Assembly (NCBI RefSeq): GCF_001194135.2
Contig: NC_069001.1
Span: 9,163,055-9,215,939 of the forward strand
Length of the DNA: 52,885 nucleotides
Reading direction: 5' to 3'
From: Octopus bimaculoides
Taxonomy: Eukaryota
This document shows, in pieces, positions 23,161-35,739 of this stretch (position 1 is its first letter; each line of letters starts with the position of its first letter). Under the pieces are notes generated by a model, which did no database searches, had not been told where the DNA came from, and worked only from the letters and a program-made list of their open reading frames with translations. Both the position numbers and the translations under genes were made by a program.

Positions 23161-26100
23161 CATTCTTTTATGAAGGAAATGATGAAGACAAATGCAACTC
23201 GCTGTTGCTAATGCGTTCGCGAACGCCGACTCACCTTCTGTTTGAGATCCATCATTATGGGGTTCAACTGATTTCGAACGCTCACTGTAAAATTAAGATA
23301 TGTTTAATGTAATTTCAATAAATGTTGTAGGTTAATATGTGAATTTAATGAAAGACGTTCTCCAAGAGAGACAAAACCTGTTTTCGGGAATACATGATCC
23401 AGTGTTTCGGGAGGTTTACGCGGAACAGCGAAAATCCAAAGAATAATTTATTCATATGTTCTGGCAGAATCGAACGGAATATCTAATGATATATCTACAT
23501 AACTCACGCAATTCAGAATTTGTGAGGAGACTGAGACACCGAGCTGATCGGAACATATTATTTACCTTCTCAGTCGAAGCTACGCCGGACGGGTCAATCT
23601 AACAAGATTACAGGCTGTTGCTTAAAGAATTCAGCAAACAAATTATTTTCTCTGATGAATGTTGATATCTGTCAAACAGACAATTCGTGAGGTTCAATTA
23701 GACCAGCGAGATTGCAAACAACAACATATGTAATTCAATGCTCATTGTGAATTCTCTGATCACTGTTCGGTTTCACCACTACAGAATATCTCTTCTCTGA
23801 GGTGGTGAGCTAGCAGAAACGTTAGCACGCCGGGCGGAATGCTTAGCGGCATTTCGTCTGTCTTTACGTTCTGAGTTCAAATTCCACCGGGGTCGACTTT
23901 GCCTTTCATCCTTTCGGGGGTCGATAAATTAAGTACCAGTTGCGTACTGGGGTCGATTTAATCGACTGGCCCCACTCCCCCCAAAATTTCGAGGCTTGTG
24001 CCTAAAGTAGAAATGAATATCTCTTCCTTTTCGAATCCCACTGTTCAAAGTACACCTCACAAATTATTATCAACAAATGTTAAACTAGTGCCCAGAGGTG
24101 AGCTCAAACCCCATCGAAGTCAACTTAGTTTCAGGAACGCAGCCTAGCGTCGATCCTTCTTTTACTACCTACCTGACCGTCTCTTGCTTTCTTACTTTCT
24201 TTCCTCCTCTTTCCTTCCTTCCCTCTCTCTGTCTCTCTCCCACTTTCTCTCTCACTCTCTTTCCTCCTCCCTCTTAGCCTTGTTGAAACCTAGACAACGA
24301 ATTTTACCGCGTTCCTTATCCCTTTTGTTCCAACAGTGTCTCTGCGACTTCATCAGCAAGTCGGAACCCACGAAAGAATGGAAAGACTTTTAGAATATTA
24401 TCATATTAAGTTAAATATTTATTTACCTGCTATTTTCTGCTTCAAAGAGTGCCTGACATGCTGCAATATTCATCCCTAGGAAGTTCTTATCATTTGCCAG
24501 GTCTTGGAAAATTGTCAATATTTCCTCCAACTCTCTACGCAAGCGCTCAATCTCGGCCTCGTAACTCGCAGCGTCAGATTCACGCCCGTTTACTGCCTCG
24601 TCCAGTTTAGATTCTAATTCATTAATTTTACTTTTCAAATTTGCTATCTATAAAGACATAATAAATAATGCAATTATTAATTGTTAAATATTATATAATT
24701 ATTAATTATTAATTATTATACAATTATTAATTACCACAAAACTGTTGAAACATAATTTTTTTTACAGAGTATTCGGCTAAATTTGACAATTTTTTTATGC
24801 CTTCCATTTTTTACAGAAATACATTCCTGCATTGGTGAACAATCAGCGGCGCTGGAAGGTGAAGTTTAGAAAAAGTTAACTGATATGGAGGACTGGAAAC
24901 CAGCCAAATATTTTAATGCTGTTCCACACCTTTGAACAGGGCCTTAGGCTCAATTGAAACAGCTACGTCAGGCTGTTGGAGACTGGTCAATATCTAGCTG
25001 GTGAGGATTGCTGTTGGAAGGCAGTATGTATGTTACAGCGGGATTCGGTTCCTCGCCAGATCTCCGGAAAGGTCCTGTTGTGGATGTTTGAGAATTTCTA
25101 TGACTTCACAAAACCTGTTTCTAGTCCTTCTAATTCTCCCGCGTCGGGCGCGGTTGAGAAAGACACCAAGCGCTCTACCTGCAACACCAAGGCCGAAATG
25201 GTGATCAAGATCAGGGAGGTGTTTCAAACCTTCGCAAGGATACATTGAAGAATGCATGCACCAGATTCTGGGACCGTTGTGAGGCCTTAGTAGAAGCTGA
25301 GTGCGGCTACTTTAAGTATTATTGGTATTACTTTAATTATTTGATCTAGTTGATGCATTTTGATTTTTTAGAATGATTTTTTATTTCTCGATGGGAAATT
25401 TATTTTCTTTTGCTTTTATGCAAACTGTGAAATGTATTCCAACCATCCCGTATTATTATTGTTATTAGGTGAAACTAGCCCTTACCTGGTTGTAGAACGT
25501 ATTTAGACATACAGCTGCTTGATCATGATTGATCTAAAACTGAGCAATATGCACCTTACTTATTCGTTATGTTAAGTATTAGAACAAAGTGTAACAAATT
25601 ACAAACTACTTCGTTTATGGATTGTGCTGAAGACGATGTATGGTCAATTTATTTAGTAATAGAGGATTATTTATATATGTTATAATTTAGAACAAACAGT
25701 AAACGGTTGTCATTATAGTACTCAGAGTTTCAAATATCGGAGCGAAGAGCTACGATACATTCTCGCCGGCTATTAATGGCTACACACGCTATGACAAAAC
25801 GTTGAATAAAAGGGAAATTACTCTAATAGGTAGACAAAGAAAAAAGATATTCTTATACGTACGCACATTCCTCTCTAGGTACATATGCATATTTTTTTTA
25901 TATTGTGCATATTTAAGTGTTTCAGTCAGTACATATTCAGTTATGTATTATGTTTATGTGGAGGTGCGTGGCCTAGTGGTTAGGGTGTCAGCACCATAAT
26001 CGTAAGATTGTGGTTTCGATTCCTGGACCGGGCGACGCGTTGTGTTCTTGGGCAAAACACTTCATTTCACGTTGCTCCAGTCCACTCAGCTGGCAAAAAT

Positions 26101-26698
26101 GAGTAATGCTGCGATGGACTGGTGTCCCGTCCAGCTGGGGAAAACATACACCATTTAAACCGGGAAACCGGGCCCATGAGCCTGGCTAGCCTTTAAAAGG
26201 GCGCAAAGAAAGCAAAGAATTATGTTTATACTTATGTATACATACTAGTTTCATTGTGTACTAATGTTCATTTCTTTGTATGTAGATCAATGAGAATATG
26301 AATATACAACTATGTGGCTGTGGTTGTTCATCATTTATTTATTTTATTTTATGACATTATTATTTTTAATTTCTTAGTAGGCTAATACTTACAGGTATCT
26401 AGATGTATGTACTTTATTCGAACACAACGTATTTTGAAGCCATTTAACTCTATTTGATAGTAACTCTTGTCAAACGAATCTCTTGGCCTAGTCTTTGTAA
26501 CTCCAGGAGTCTGTTTTTTACTAAATTTGTGTATACTATGTATATTATATTGTAATATTTATTCTTTTACTTGTTTCAGTCATTTCACTGCGGCTATGCT
26601 GAAGCACCGCCTTTAGTCGAGGAAATCGACCCCAGGACTTATAAGCCTAGTACTCGTTTGTATACTGGTACACGCACGTTTGTATACTGGTATATATG

Positions 26699-26787
<89 letters not shown>

Positions 26788-29700
26788 TGATTGATTGATT
26801 AGCTGGTTAGTTGATTGATGTAATGTTCCTTACCTGAGTTTCAAGGTCTCTTATTTTACCCAACTTATTACCCTCTTCCTTGCGCAAATCTCTTCTCTTA
26901 GCTATAACATCTTCTCTGGGCTTGGCATTTGCCTTCATTAACTGTAACTATGGAGATAATAAAATTATAATTTTTATGGTTTATTTGTCTTCCAAATCGC
27001 AGTAGCTGAAGAGATATTACAAGGATAAGTTACAAATTGTTGGATTCTTGTTCAGAACTGATTATGAAAAAATAGGCATGATGAGTAAAATTAACATAAA
27101 CAGTTCCTGGACTCCCTTTCCTTCTACAATTGACTTGAAAAAAAAATTAAAATAAAGAGAGCTTGCCTGAGCCCTCTTCCATTCAAATCTGTGCGTTGTG
27201 TATACAACCTGTAATTTCCCCTAGCGATCGGGAAAAAAAATGCTTGTCTATCCCACCCGAAAAGAACGCTTTCTACAAAGAAAACAAAACTCTAAGTATG
27301 AACTATGAGCTCTTCAAGGATGATTTGAAGTTGTATGGCCACTGTTTAGAGCTGATATTAAGATGAAATTCGAACTCTAGAAATGTGGTATAATGAGCCT
27401 GAAAAGAGGCGTGGTATAGTCCCTGTGGATTTATAGAAGATTTACGGATTACAAAACGACAAAATACCAGAAGAACAAACAATCTATTAGGTGGTTAATT
27501 TTCCAACTGTTTTAAAGCATCCAACTATATTTGTTCTTTCGTACAATGCATATTGATCAATATAAATTTAGTATCGGAAATGGCAATGCATATAAACATA
27601 CTAAACAACGTGGCTGATATTATCTGAAGTATCAGGAGAACAAACAGATTTTATAAGGTTTATTTTCCAACTGTTTAAAGCATATTTGATCTTTCTATAT
27701 ATTTCTTTACCTCTAATGCATGTTTACTTTCCATAGCAGCAATAGTTTTTCTCATTTGATCCTCATACTGGGCGCTTAAATCAGCAACTATATTTCCAAT
27801 TTCGGCCTTCCATGTTTCATCGAAATCGGGTATCTTCTTCAATTTTGATATCATCGCCTGTAATTCCTTGACCTCCTACAAATAGTATTTAAAACAAAAC
27901 AATAGGTAAAACGGAGGTTAGGAAGTAACTATTGGTTTCAAATTTTGACACGAAGACAGCAAATTCGGGGGTGGGGTAAGTCGATCAAATTGATCCTAGT
28001 ACTCAGCTGGTACGTATTTTATCGACCCCGGAGGGATTAAAGGTAATGGCGATCTCGACGGAATTTGACCTCTCATTGTAAAGTTGAACAAAATGCCGCT
28101 AAGCATTTTACTTGGTTCCTAACGATTCTGCCAGTTCGCCGCCTTGGTTAGAATAGCAATAATGGTTTCAAATGTTAGCAAAAGGCCAGCAATTTTTTGG
28201 ATGTGGGGGGGGGGGCCTAAGCCGATTACATTGACGCTAAACCTTTTGTCCGGTGTGGTAAATATTCTACTATTTCAATGCATTTTAAGAAGCTAATATT
28301 AGGTTTTATTGAGGTGTCGTAGATTTAAAACATAATGCTAAGGCAAATTGCTGGCATACATCTTCTTCTGGGCCAGGGCAGATATGCTGTCAACACTGAA
28401 TACTTTCTTCATCGTATCAAAGTAAATTCTCCCACCAAATTCCGAAAATTGTTGAGAGGAATTTCAACAGAATAAACTAATGAAAGCACTTCTGCTTCTC
28501 AGAACGATTAGCGATGTCTGTCCATTGTTATATATAATCAAATATGTGTAATGGGTCATTTTGAGAGATAAGTATGTAGATAAGTTTATAGATAAGTGAT
28601 CAAGTCGTAAGTAACTGCAGATAGGAGGCACCGACACTGTCATTTGTAGTTTACCAGCTTACTGAGATAGTTGTAACTGATCTCTTGAAAAGCAGTGATT
28701 CTTTAATTATGATTGCGAAATTGACGCAATCTGATTCCAGGAAGTTGTAAACACCATGAGGAATTTATAAAATAAAAAATAACTAAAAACTACATGGCAA
28801 TTCTCGTGCAAGAAAAGAAAAAAACAGGAAAGGGAAAAAAATAAGAGCAACATTACAACATCGTGGATATCATAATTGAAAGAAAGTTCGTCTTCCAGCT
28901 TCACGGTACAGTTTGCTAACTCCAGTCTTTGAGTAGTTTCATTTTTTAGTTCCTACAGAAAAATAAACAAATATTTTCATCATTCTTTATTATAAAATAC
29001 GCTTTACATCAATAATTAATCCTGGATGGAAGATAAAGTACAAAAATAAGAAAAGTGAAATCGGCTCCCAAAAGGAACTATTTTGTGTTGCCACCTACAC
29101 GCACACATACTATTATTAGAAGTTTATGCAGTACTTTGATAACCGACGTTTTAGAGTCAGGGGACTTTGCAGAATGACTCTCCATAATATGATAGGCGAC
29201 AACGCGTTATTCTTTAGAGGAGTATTGGGTTCAAAAAACACCAGGCCTGCTTTGGCGAGTCATAAGGAAGTGGTGTTTCATCAAGATAATGCGAGGCGTC
29301 CACATTACAAAGATTACATCAAGAAAAATAGAACAACTTGTTTGGGGAAAAAATCACTCACCTGTCTTATTCCCCGTACCTCGCTCCTTCTGATTGCTAT
29401 TTGTTTCGAACCTTACAAAATCATTTGATGGTTTATTACTCAAAAGCCCCAAAGAGGTCGAAACTGACCTTTCTTCCTACTTTTCATCAAAACCAAATAT
29501 GCCAAAAAACTGGAAGCCAACGATAATCAAGGGTATTATACATATGTGGCTGTATAGTAAGAAGCTTGCTTGCCAAATATATGCTTCTGTGTTCAGTCCC
29601 ACTGCCTGGCACCTTCGGCAAGTGTTTTCTATTTGTGAGTGGATTTGGTAGACAGAAACTCAAAGAAGCCCGTCGAATATATATATATGTCTGTGGGTGT

Positions 29701-31708
29701 GGGTGTGGGTAGGTGTATGTGTGTGTGTATGTTTGGTTGGGATGTATATATGTGAGAGATTACGACTTCAAAGTATTGCAACGTACCTCTCTAAGTGCAT
29801 TCATTTGATTCACAACGATGCCATTTCTGGCCTTCCAGTCTTCAAGTTGCTTCTGCAGTTCACTTGCCCTTCTTCTGCTGGTTTCGCTGTCTGCAATGTA
29901 GCGGGCAACATCATCGTGTAAGCCATCGTTGTCGCTTTGCACTCTGTCTTTCTCGTCCTGCACTTGGCTTAATCTGACAGAAAAACAGTGAAATGGTTTG
30001 GCTAAGAAATATTTATTTATGCTAGGTATGGATTGGTGTGGCTGGTATGTATGGTAAGGCTGAATAGTTTCATATTCTAATAAAATAGCGCCAGCATTAT
30101 GATAAAATTATACAGAAAAATACCAAATGATCCATGAAAATGCCACCGTTCCTTATTTAGTTTCTTTATTTCTTTGCTTATTCTGTATGTGTGAAACTTA
30201 ATTTGAGACAGATTTCTTAGGACAGACAGAAGAAAAAATATTATCTGACCATTCCGTTGTACTTGTAGTTATCATCAGAGTTTTAGGACTTAAAGTATAG
30301 AAAGAAAATTGTATATCAGAGGCGTATCTACAAAATTGGGGCCTTGAAGCTTAAAATGTTATGCCCCCCCCCCTATACCAGCAACAGTAGGATGACATCT
30401 AACAAGGGTCAAAGAATTGTCTTACCCTTGCAAGGGACTCCAGCCTTGAGGCCCTGGTAGCCCAAATGGTGAAGTGGTTATGTGGAATCCTTAAAGATGT
30501 GTCTGACAGTGTGTCCTCTTTCCACCAGAAACAAGGTGTGGGTAATCACCGATATTTTTGTCGATGTTGTTGTTCCATGGCAGATCACTACAATTTTCTT
30601 TACAAATTTAAACCCATTTCACATTGTGATTCTCAAAGCCACTGGTGTGAACAAATATTTTCCCCACTATGCCTTATAATTTTAGAGTTATGGGGTTTGA
30701 AAATAAGGGAAGCATTATATACATAAATGATACATCATAGAATAGAGACATAAAATTGTGTTTTTGTTTTATTTTCGTTTCTGTGAAATAACAAAAACTT
30801 CAAGACATTTGGCTGTTATTTCTAGCATGTGGAGAGATCTTCTAAGCTCAACTTCATGCGCTGGTTGAAAATCACCTAACAAAAATTCTGGGGTCGATAA
30901 TTCGACCAAAAATTCTTCAAAGCGGTTCCCCAACATTGCTGCAGTCTAATGATTTAATAAGAACAAAGGAAAAAAAATCACACAAAAAACGAAATATATA
31001 ACTAAGGTGGTTTTGACTTGACTTTACAAAAAATTTCTGTGTTCTATACAGTCATCTAAAAATATTACAAGGTAGTACCCCAGCATGGTCGCAGTCTAAT
31101 AACTGCAACAAGTAAAAGGGGAAAAAAATTATGGGGTCGATACGTTCAACTTGAATTCTTCAACGCAGTGCCCCAGTATGGCACCCTTAACCTAGTTCTC
31201 GGAGATATTCAGCGTGACACAGATGACCCTTTGAATTACAAGCACAACAGAAACAGGAAGAAAGAGTGAGAGAAAGAGTACAGCAGGGTTCACCACCATC
31301 CCCTGCCGGAGCCTCGTGGAGCTTTAGGTGTTTTCGCTCCATAAACTCTCACAACGCCCGGTCTGGGAATCGAAACCGCGATCCTACGACCGCGAGTCCG
31401 CTGCCCTAACAATTGGGCCATTGCGCCTCTACCTTACGGAGAGCAGATAACATTTTAACATGGACAGCAGGTAGCAGTTAACATGGACAGCGGGTAGCAG
31501 TTAACATGGACAGCATACATGTTGACATTACAACAGCGAGTCGTTAGCGTACAGCTATACTGAGATCGATGAGAGTACGCTTTTTCTTTACTCAATCCAT
31601 AGTGGTAGTCATAGGGGTTGTATGGTAAGACGTTTGCTTCCCAACTCCTTGATAGCCGACCAAAGCCATTTGGGAGAATGTCAAATACGAAAACTGAAAG
31701 AAGCATGT

Positions 31709-31742
<34 letters not shown>

Positions 31743-33758
31743 TTTGTGTCTGTTTGTCCCAAATCAGTACTGAACAAGCGGTGTTCGTTTTTTACTTCCC
31801 CCGACTTATTCGATTAAATCTTTCCAGGCGGTACCCAAGTATGGCCGCAGTAAGTAAAAAAAAATATATAATCAGTAACATTATCTAAGCATTAATCAAC
31901 ATCCCGGTTAATGACAACCAATTATGTTAAGTGGCGGCGTTGGTTGGTTGAAATATTATGCAGGAAGTGGACCAGGAAGATTATCTCTATGATATGACGC
32001 AGTATAAATTATTGAAATTCGATTGGACGTTGCGACACTACCGATATGAACGAGTATCTGATAATTGAGACCTCGCATGTAAGTTATTGTGCTCCAGTGA
32101 AATTATTGCAAATATTATTTAGTTCACAATTCTAGTGAGTATATCCATAGGTAACAGCAGCCAATATTAGCAAAAATATTAATATAGTTCGTTGTAAGTG
32201 TTCTGAAACTTCTAAAACGGGCTGAATTCTTTTTATGTTTATAAAATCAAGACATCACCTCCAATAATATTTCATAAAAAATTCTTGGAATTGGATTGGA
32301 TGGATCTCTGATCAGTTCAATTCCCTCAAAGTCTTTCAATGGTGTCAACTGTGGCTCGTATGAGTGGTTTCCCTAGTGTCTTCACTGAACTGCATTACAA
32401 AAGCTTCATTCTTGTTTAGTTTTGGTTCGACGCAATTTTCCCATTCCCCCAATTTTTAAAGATTTTCCCCCCTCTTGAGTTTTTACTAATTTTTCTCACA
32501 ATCAACTCGTTCGAGAAAGAACATTTTCGGCTTTTAAACTCATGGATCATGTTAATTTATTCAGATAGTATCATTATCGTGATTACAAACATTCAAAGTT
32601 ATATTGATGTATTGACAATAGAAACACGAATGGTGTAGAGAGAATGATTTGATTAAGTCAACAAAGTCGAATTATTGAAAGCTTAGTTAAATTTGATAGG
32701 GGCTTCACTTCCATCATAGCTTGACATAGACTAGAAATGTGCCATAATACTCATAACAACCACAGGGAACTAATCAAATAAAGAAATCAGTTTACACAGA
32801 CTTACACTAAGCATGAAAGCTAGGGTGGATAGGAATTTCATTTCGTCAGAAATCTATATAATCTTAAATCAAAAAGTATGCCTGACCTAACAACTCAAAT
32901 GCTATTTGTCTAGATATTGCCAATTTAGCTGAATCCTTTTGATATTTCTGTATGAGATGTCCCCTAACTCCACTGTCTGAATGTCGAGCTATATCAAGAT
33001 TCCTTTTAAAAATGAACGACTCGCCAGACCGACTTTTTTTTTTTTTTTTTACATAGAATATGAGAATGGACCTAGAAGTTTTGTTCTGCAACAAACAGAC
33101 CAAGCAAAATGTCTGTGCTTAATATTGATATCTTAAGTGTTGCAAATTTTAAAATTTCAAGAGCCTAACTAGAATGCGAAAATTCACTTTAGGTAGAATG
33201 TGGAGAAAGAAAATTTAAAGGAAATTGAAGTAATCTAGTCAAGAAAAATTGACCTAACCTTAAAGATGAACGTTTATGATGCGTAGAAGTTTTAAAGGAT
33301 ATAATAAAGGCGTGCAAAAATCAAATATTGAGAGCAAATTTCACTTACTGTTCACTCAAATCGTCAACTTCTTCTTCAAGCGATTCATTTTTGGACTTCA
33401 CAGCTGCAAGTTCCTCATCTTTGTCTTTTAGAAGTGCTTTCAACTCATCCAGTCGATCTTCGTATAAGATCTTAATCTTATCATATTTAAATTCATTCTG
33501 AGCACTCAAGTTATTTTTCAGATGTTTGTTTTCAGCTTCTAAGTAACGTATTTTTGTAAGAACGGTGGTAAGTTTTATATTTAAAGCTTTCATCTCTATC
33601 TTTTCTTTTTCCCTGTTATTTTTCATTTCAGCAACATGTTTTTGGCCATGTTCTGCTGCCACTCTACCTGGCAAGACCACTGGAGCTGGATGGATGGGAG
33701 CTGGTCTTTTTCGTCCCACACGTCTCACTGGTTTTCTTGCTTTTATTTCTTGATTCAT
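19299..33758 (-). CDS. Cytoplasmic intermediate filament protein with lamin-tail domain, paralog B (11 exons, 530 aa, divergent rod end)
   Basis: Exons 33758-33349, 29973-29787, 28952-28857, 27875-27711, 26947-26834, 24647-24427, 23284-23235, 21698-21595, 21082-20972, 20191-20084, 19325-19299 sum to 1593 nt. GT-AG throughout, no internal stop, ends EIDVLVIK*. Confidence 0.9.
20084..20191 (-). CDS. IF paralog B exon 10 (LTD)
   Basis: tctttag|ATT TGG GGA...AAC ATG|gtaaga; IWGSKHGAGQDGITSSDVTEWDTSTSTISLKDTENM. Confidence 0.87.
20972..21082 (-). CDS. IF paralog B exon 9 (LTD)
   Basis: atcgtag|GGT GCA...GTC AAA|gtaagt; GATSIKNWILTQTLDNGKSHTHKFTNGNVFASNKIVK. Confidence 0.87.
21595..21698 (-). CDS. 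IF paralog B exon 8 (LTD start)
   Basis: ttcttcag|AT AAA GAG...CCA AAA|gtaagc; 104 bp; MDRRTSGSVKVVEVATDGKYIKLEDHAKFPK. Confidence 0.88.
22192..22516 (-). mobile_element. tRNA-derived SINE (related family sharing the 3' tail)
   Basis: Reverse-complement tRNA head at 22440-22516; tail shared with the long SINE. Confidence 0.75.
23235..23284 (-). CDS. IF paralog B exon 7 (shortened by a new donor)
   Basis: ttttacag|T GAG CGT...ACA GAA G|gtgagt; 50 bp; phase 2/1 fits exons 6 and 8. Confidence 0.75.
23796..24014 (+). mobile_element. SINE (GAGCTGGCAGAAACGTTAGCACG family)
   Basis: 12-bp TSD GAATATCTCTTC (23784-23795 / 24015-24026); relatives at 16670-17080, 27930-28150 and 39699-40102. Confidence 0.85.
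24427..24647 (-). CDS. IF paralog B exon 6 (degenerate helix termination motif)
   Basis: tttatag|ATA GCA...AGC AG|gtaaat; 221 bp; ...DKNFLGMNIAACQALFEAENS. Confidence 0.92.
24970..25452 (+). mobile_element. Tc1/mariner-superfamily transposase C-terminal remnant
   Basis: ...WMFENFYDFTKPVSSPSNSP...GAVEKDT...MVIKIREVF; remnant of the SPDLNP motif with a deletion; TIR-like end near 25450. Confidence 0.6.
25968..26205 (+). mobile_element. tRNA-derived SINE
   Basis: GGCCTAGTGGTTAGG...GTTTCGATTCC head. Confidence 0.75.
26834..26947 (-). CDS. IF paralog B exon 5
   Basis: ctccatag|TTA CAG TTA...ACT CAG|gtaagg; 114 bp; LQLMKANAKPREDVIAKRRDLRKEEGNKLGKIRDLETQ. Confidence 0.85.
27711..27875 (-). CDS. 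IF paralog B exon 4
   Basis: atttgtag|GAG GTC...TTA GAG|gtaaag; 165 bp. Confidence 0.92.
28566..28670. promoter_or_regulatory. GATA-motif cluster in intron 3 of B
   Basis: AGATAAG at 28566, 28578 and 28590, plus two AGATAG. Confidence 0.35.
28857..28952 (-). CDS. IF paralog B exon 3
   Basis: ttctgtag|GAA CTA...GAT GTT|gtaatg; 96 bp. Confidence 0.9.
29200..29520 (+). mobile_element. Mariner transposase remnant (catalytic domain)
   Basis: VVFHQDNAR...YSPYLAPSDCYLFRTLQNHL, frameshifted. Confidence 0.75.
29787..29973 (-). CDS. IF paralog B exon 2
   Basis: ctgtcag|A TTA AGC...AGA GAG|gtacgt; 187 bp. Confidence 0.92.
31170..31432 (-). mobile_element. Long tRNA-derived SINE, partial
   Basis: Reverse complement of the family consensus with internal deletions. 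Confidence 0.8.
31456..31520. repeat. 23-bp tandem repeat, about 2.7 copies
   Basis: TTAACATGGACAGC(A/G)GGTAGCAG. Confidence 0.8.
33349..33758 (-). CDS. IF paralog B exon 1 coding part
   Basis: aaaaATG; GAA CA|gtaagt; ORF 33345-33758. Confidence 0.93.
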
Positions 33759-33929
33759 TTTTGTTGTTATTCAAAGATTTTGTGTTAAAGAGAAATGTGG
33801 GAATATAATAAGAAACGACTCACTGCTTGGAGAACGAATTGCGCTCGGAAAAAGGTTCTGCAGAACGTTGTACGACCTGCTGTTGTTTTCTTACTATGCC
33901 AAAAGATCGAGTCTAAGACGTTATATCTT

Positions 33930-33939
33930 CTTATATATA
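33930..33939 (-). promoter_or_regulatory. Candidate TATA box, paralog B
   Basis: TATATAAG on minus, about 175 bp upstream of the ATG; nearby GGAAGTGT.GTAGTGA motif shared with C. Confidence 0.55.
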
Positions 33940-34184
33940 ACAAATAACAAGGAAGTGTTGTAGTGAAAATTGTAGAAAGATAAAGGAACTGAGTGGCAGG
34001 GAAAGAGAGGGGAAGGCATGCAAAGAGGATATTAATAGTGTAAGATCTATTTTTTAGCAAAAGCAAATGTAGTCTTTGGTTACATAGATCAGTTTCAGAT
34101 CAGCAGGATGTATTAGGCATTGCAGAGATCAATTTCAATTACCACATAAATATTCTTGTGTGCATTAGCCTGTATATGTAGGTA

Positions 34185-35640
34185 CAGTGGGGGGAAATAA
34201 ATATTCGTACATGCCAAAATTCTTTATTTATTTAATTTCTAATGAGCATAAATGGGATATACCAATACTATATTCGCATACACATGCATAAACTAAGAAT
34301 ATGCAAAAAAAACTAATAAATTATAGTAACTTATGAATTTATATACAACTATAGATATTTAAGGGTGAAAAAAGTATTCGTACAGAATAAATTTATGATT
34401 TTTTCTGTGCCACAAAATACTGTTAAAATAATTTTTTTCGACTAGAACTTACTCGTTTGTTCCAATAATCTTATCATTTTTTAAGTGTCAAAACGTTAGC
34501 TCCTTCATTCAGTACTGAGACAACATAAAGTAGTGTCGTAATAATGGCGAAAAGTAAAGAACTCACAAATTCAGTGAAAAACTTAATTATTGAATAGTGG
34601 AAAGCAGGAAAAAGTTACAGGAAAATATCAGAGACCCTTTGTATTCCATTTTCTATCATATCTTCATTTATTCAAAGATATACAAAATCGGGAACTGTTG
34701 AAAAAAAATAAGATCCGGTGCACCACGCAAGGTTTCTCCTAGATCTTTAAGAAAAATGAAGCAAAGAAAAAAATGCAATGATCACCAGAAAAGAGTTTCA
34801 AGAAGATTTGTTACCTTCGGGGATTAGTGTTACACTACGAACAATCAGCAATGAACTTCATAGGAATGAACTGAAGTCATGCTCTCCTAGAAAAACTCCG
34901 CTGTTGACTAAAAAGCATAGAGATGCCCATTTAGAATTTGTTTATGAACATAAAGCTAAATCTGATACATTCTGAGAAAATGTTCTATGGACAGACGAGT
35001 TGAAAATTTAATTGTTTAGACGAAATTCGCGTAGCCATGTTTGGAGGAGAGATGGTACCGCCTATTCGCCGAAAAACACAATTCCTACTATAGAGTTTGG
35101 AGATGGGGGTGTTTCTCTGCAAATGGCACTGGCAAGTTACATCTGATAGATGGTAGAATGACTGCAGAGATGTACCAAAATATTTTGAACAATAATTTAT
35201 GGGACTCTGTAGAAAAGCTCCAGCTTTGTGAAGGGCGGGTTTTACAACAGGATAATGACCCTAAGCACACGGCGAAGTCTACCAAAAATGGATTGTCGAT
35301 CACAATATAAAATTATTAGAATGGCCGAGACAGTCACCCGACTTGAACCCCATTGAAAATTTGTGGCGTTACTTGAAAATTAAAATTCATTCAAGAGCCC
35401 CAACATGCATTCCAGATTTGAAGAAAATTTGTCAAGAAGAATGGGAAAAAATTCCTAAAGAAAGATGCGAGTCCTTGATTAAGAACAACAAGAAGAGATT
35501 GGTTGAAGTGGAACTGAATAATGGTTATGCTACGAAGTATTAAATCAGAATTATCGGTTATTTATGTTCTGTATGAATACTTTAGAATTGTATATAAATT
35601 GTATATAAATATATATTGGTATATCCCATTTATCCCATTT
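34185..35640 (+). mobile_element. Decayed near-full-length Tc1 transposon
   Basis: TA|CAGTGGGGGGAAATAAATATTCG start. Broken ORF from 34545 (MAKSKELT...) includes [13 protein letters not shown] and SPDLNPIENLW. Partial right TIR. Confidence 0.9.
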
Positions 35641-35739
35641 TCAATCTACAGAGAAATAGTTAAATTGGCCCCGAGTATATATCTACAACTTTCATTATAG
35701 GGTAGTAATATATGATTGACCGTTGACTGAACACTATTC

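Noticed and set aside
30320-30460. Possible hAT-type MITE in intron 1 of B
   Set aside because: Only vague terminal similarity; no convincing TIR pair or TSD could be read.
19299-33758. Calling paralog B a pseudogene
   Set aside because: There is no stop or frameshift in the spliced model, and all splice sites are intact. It cannot be excluded without expression data.
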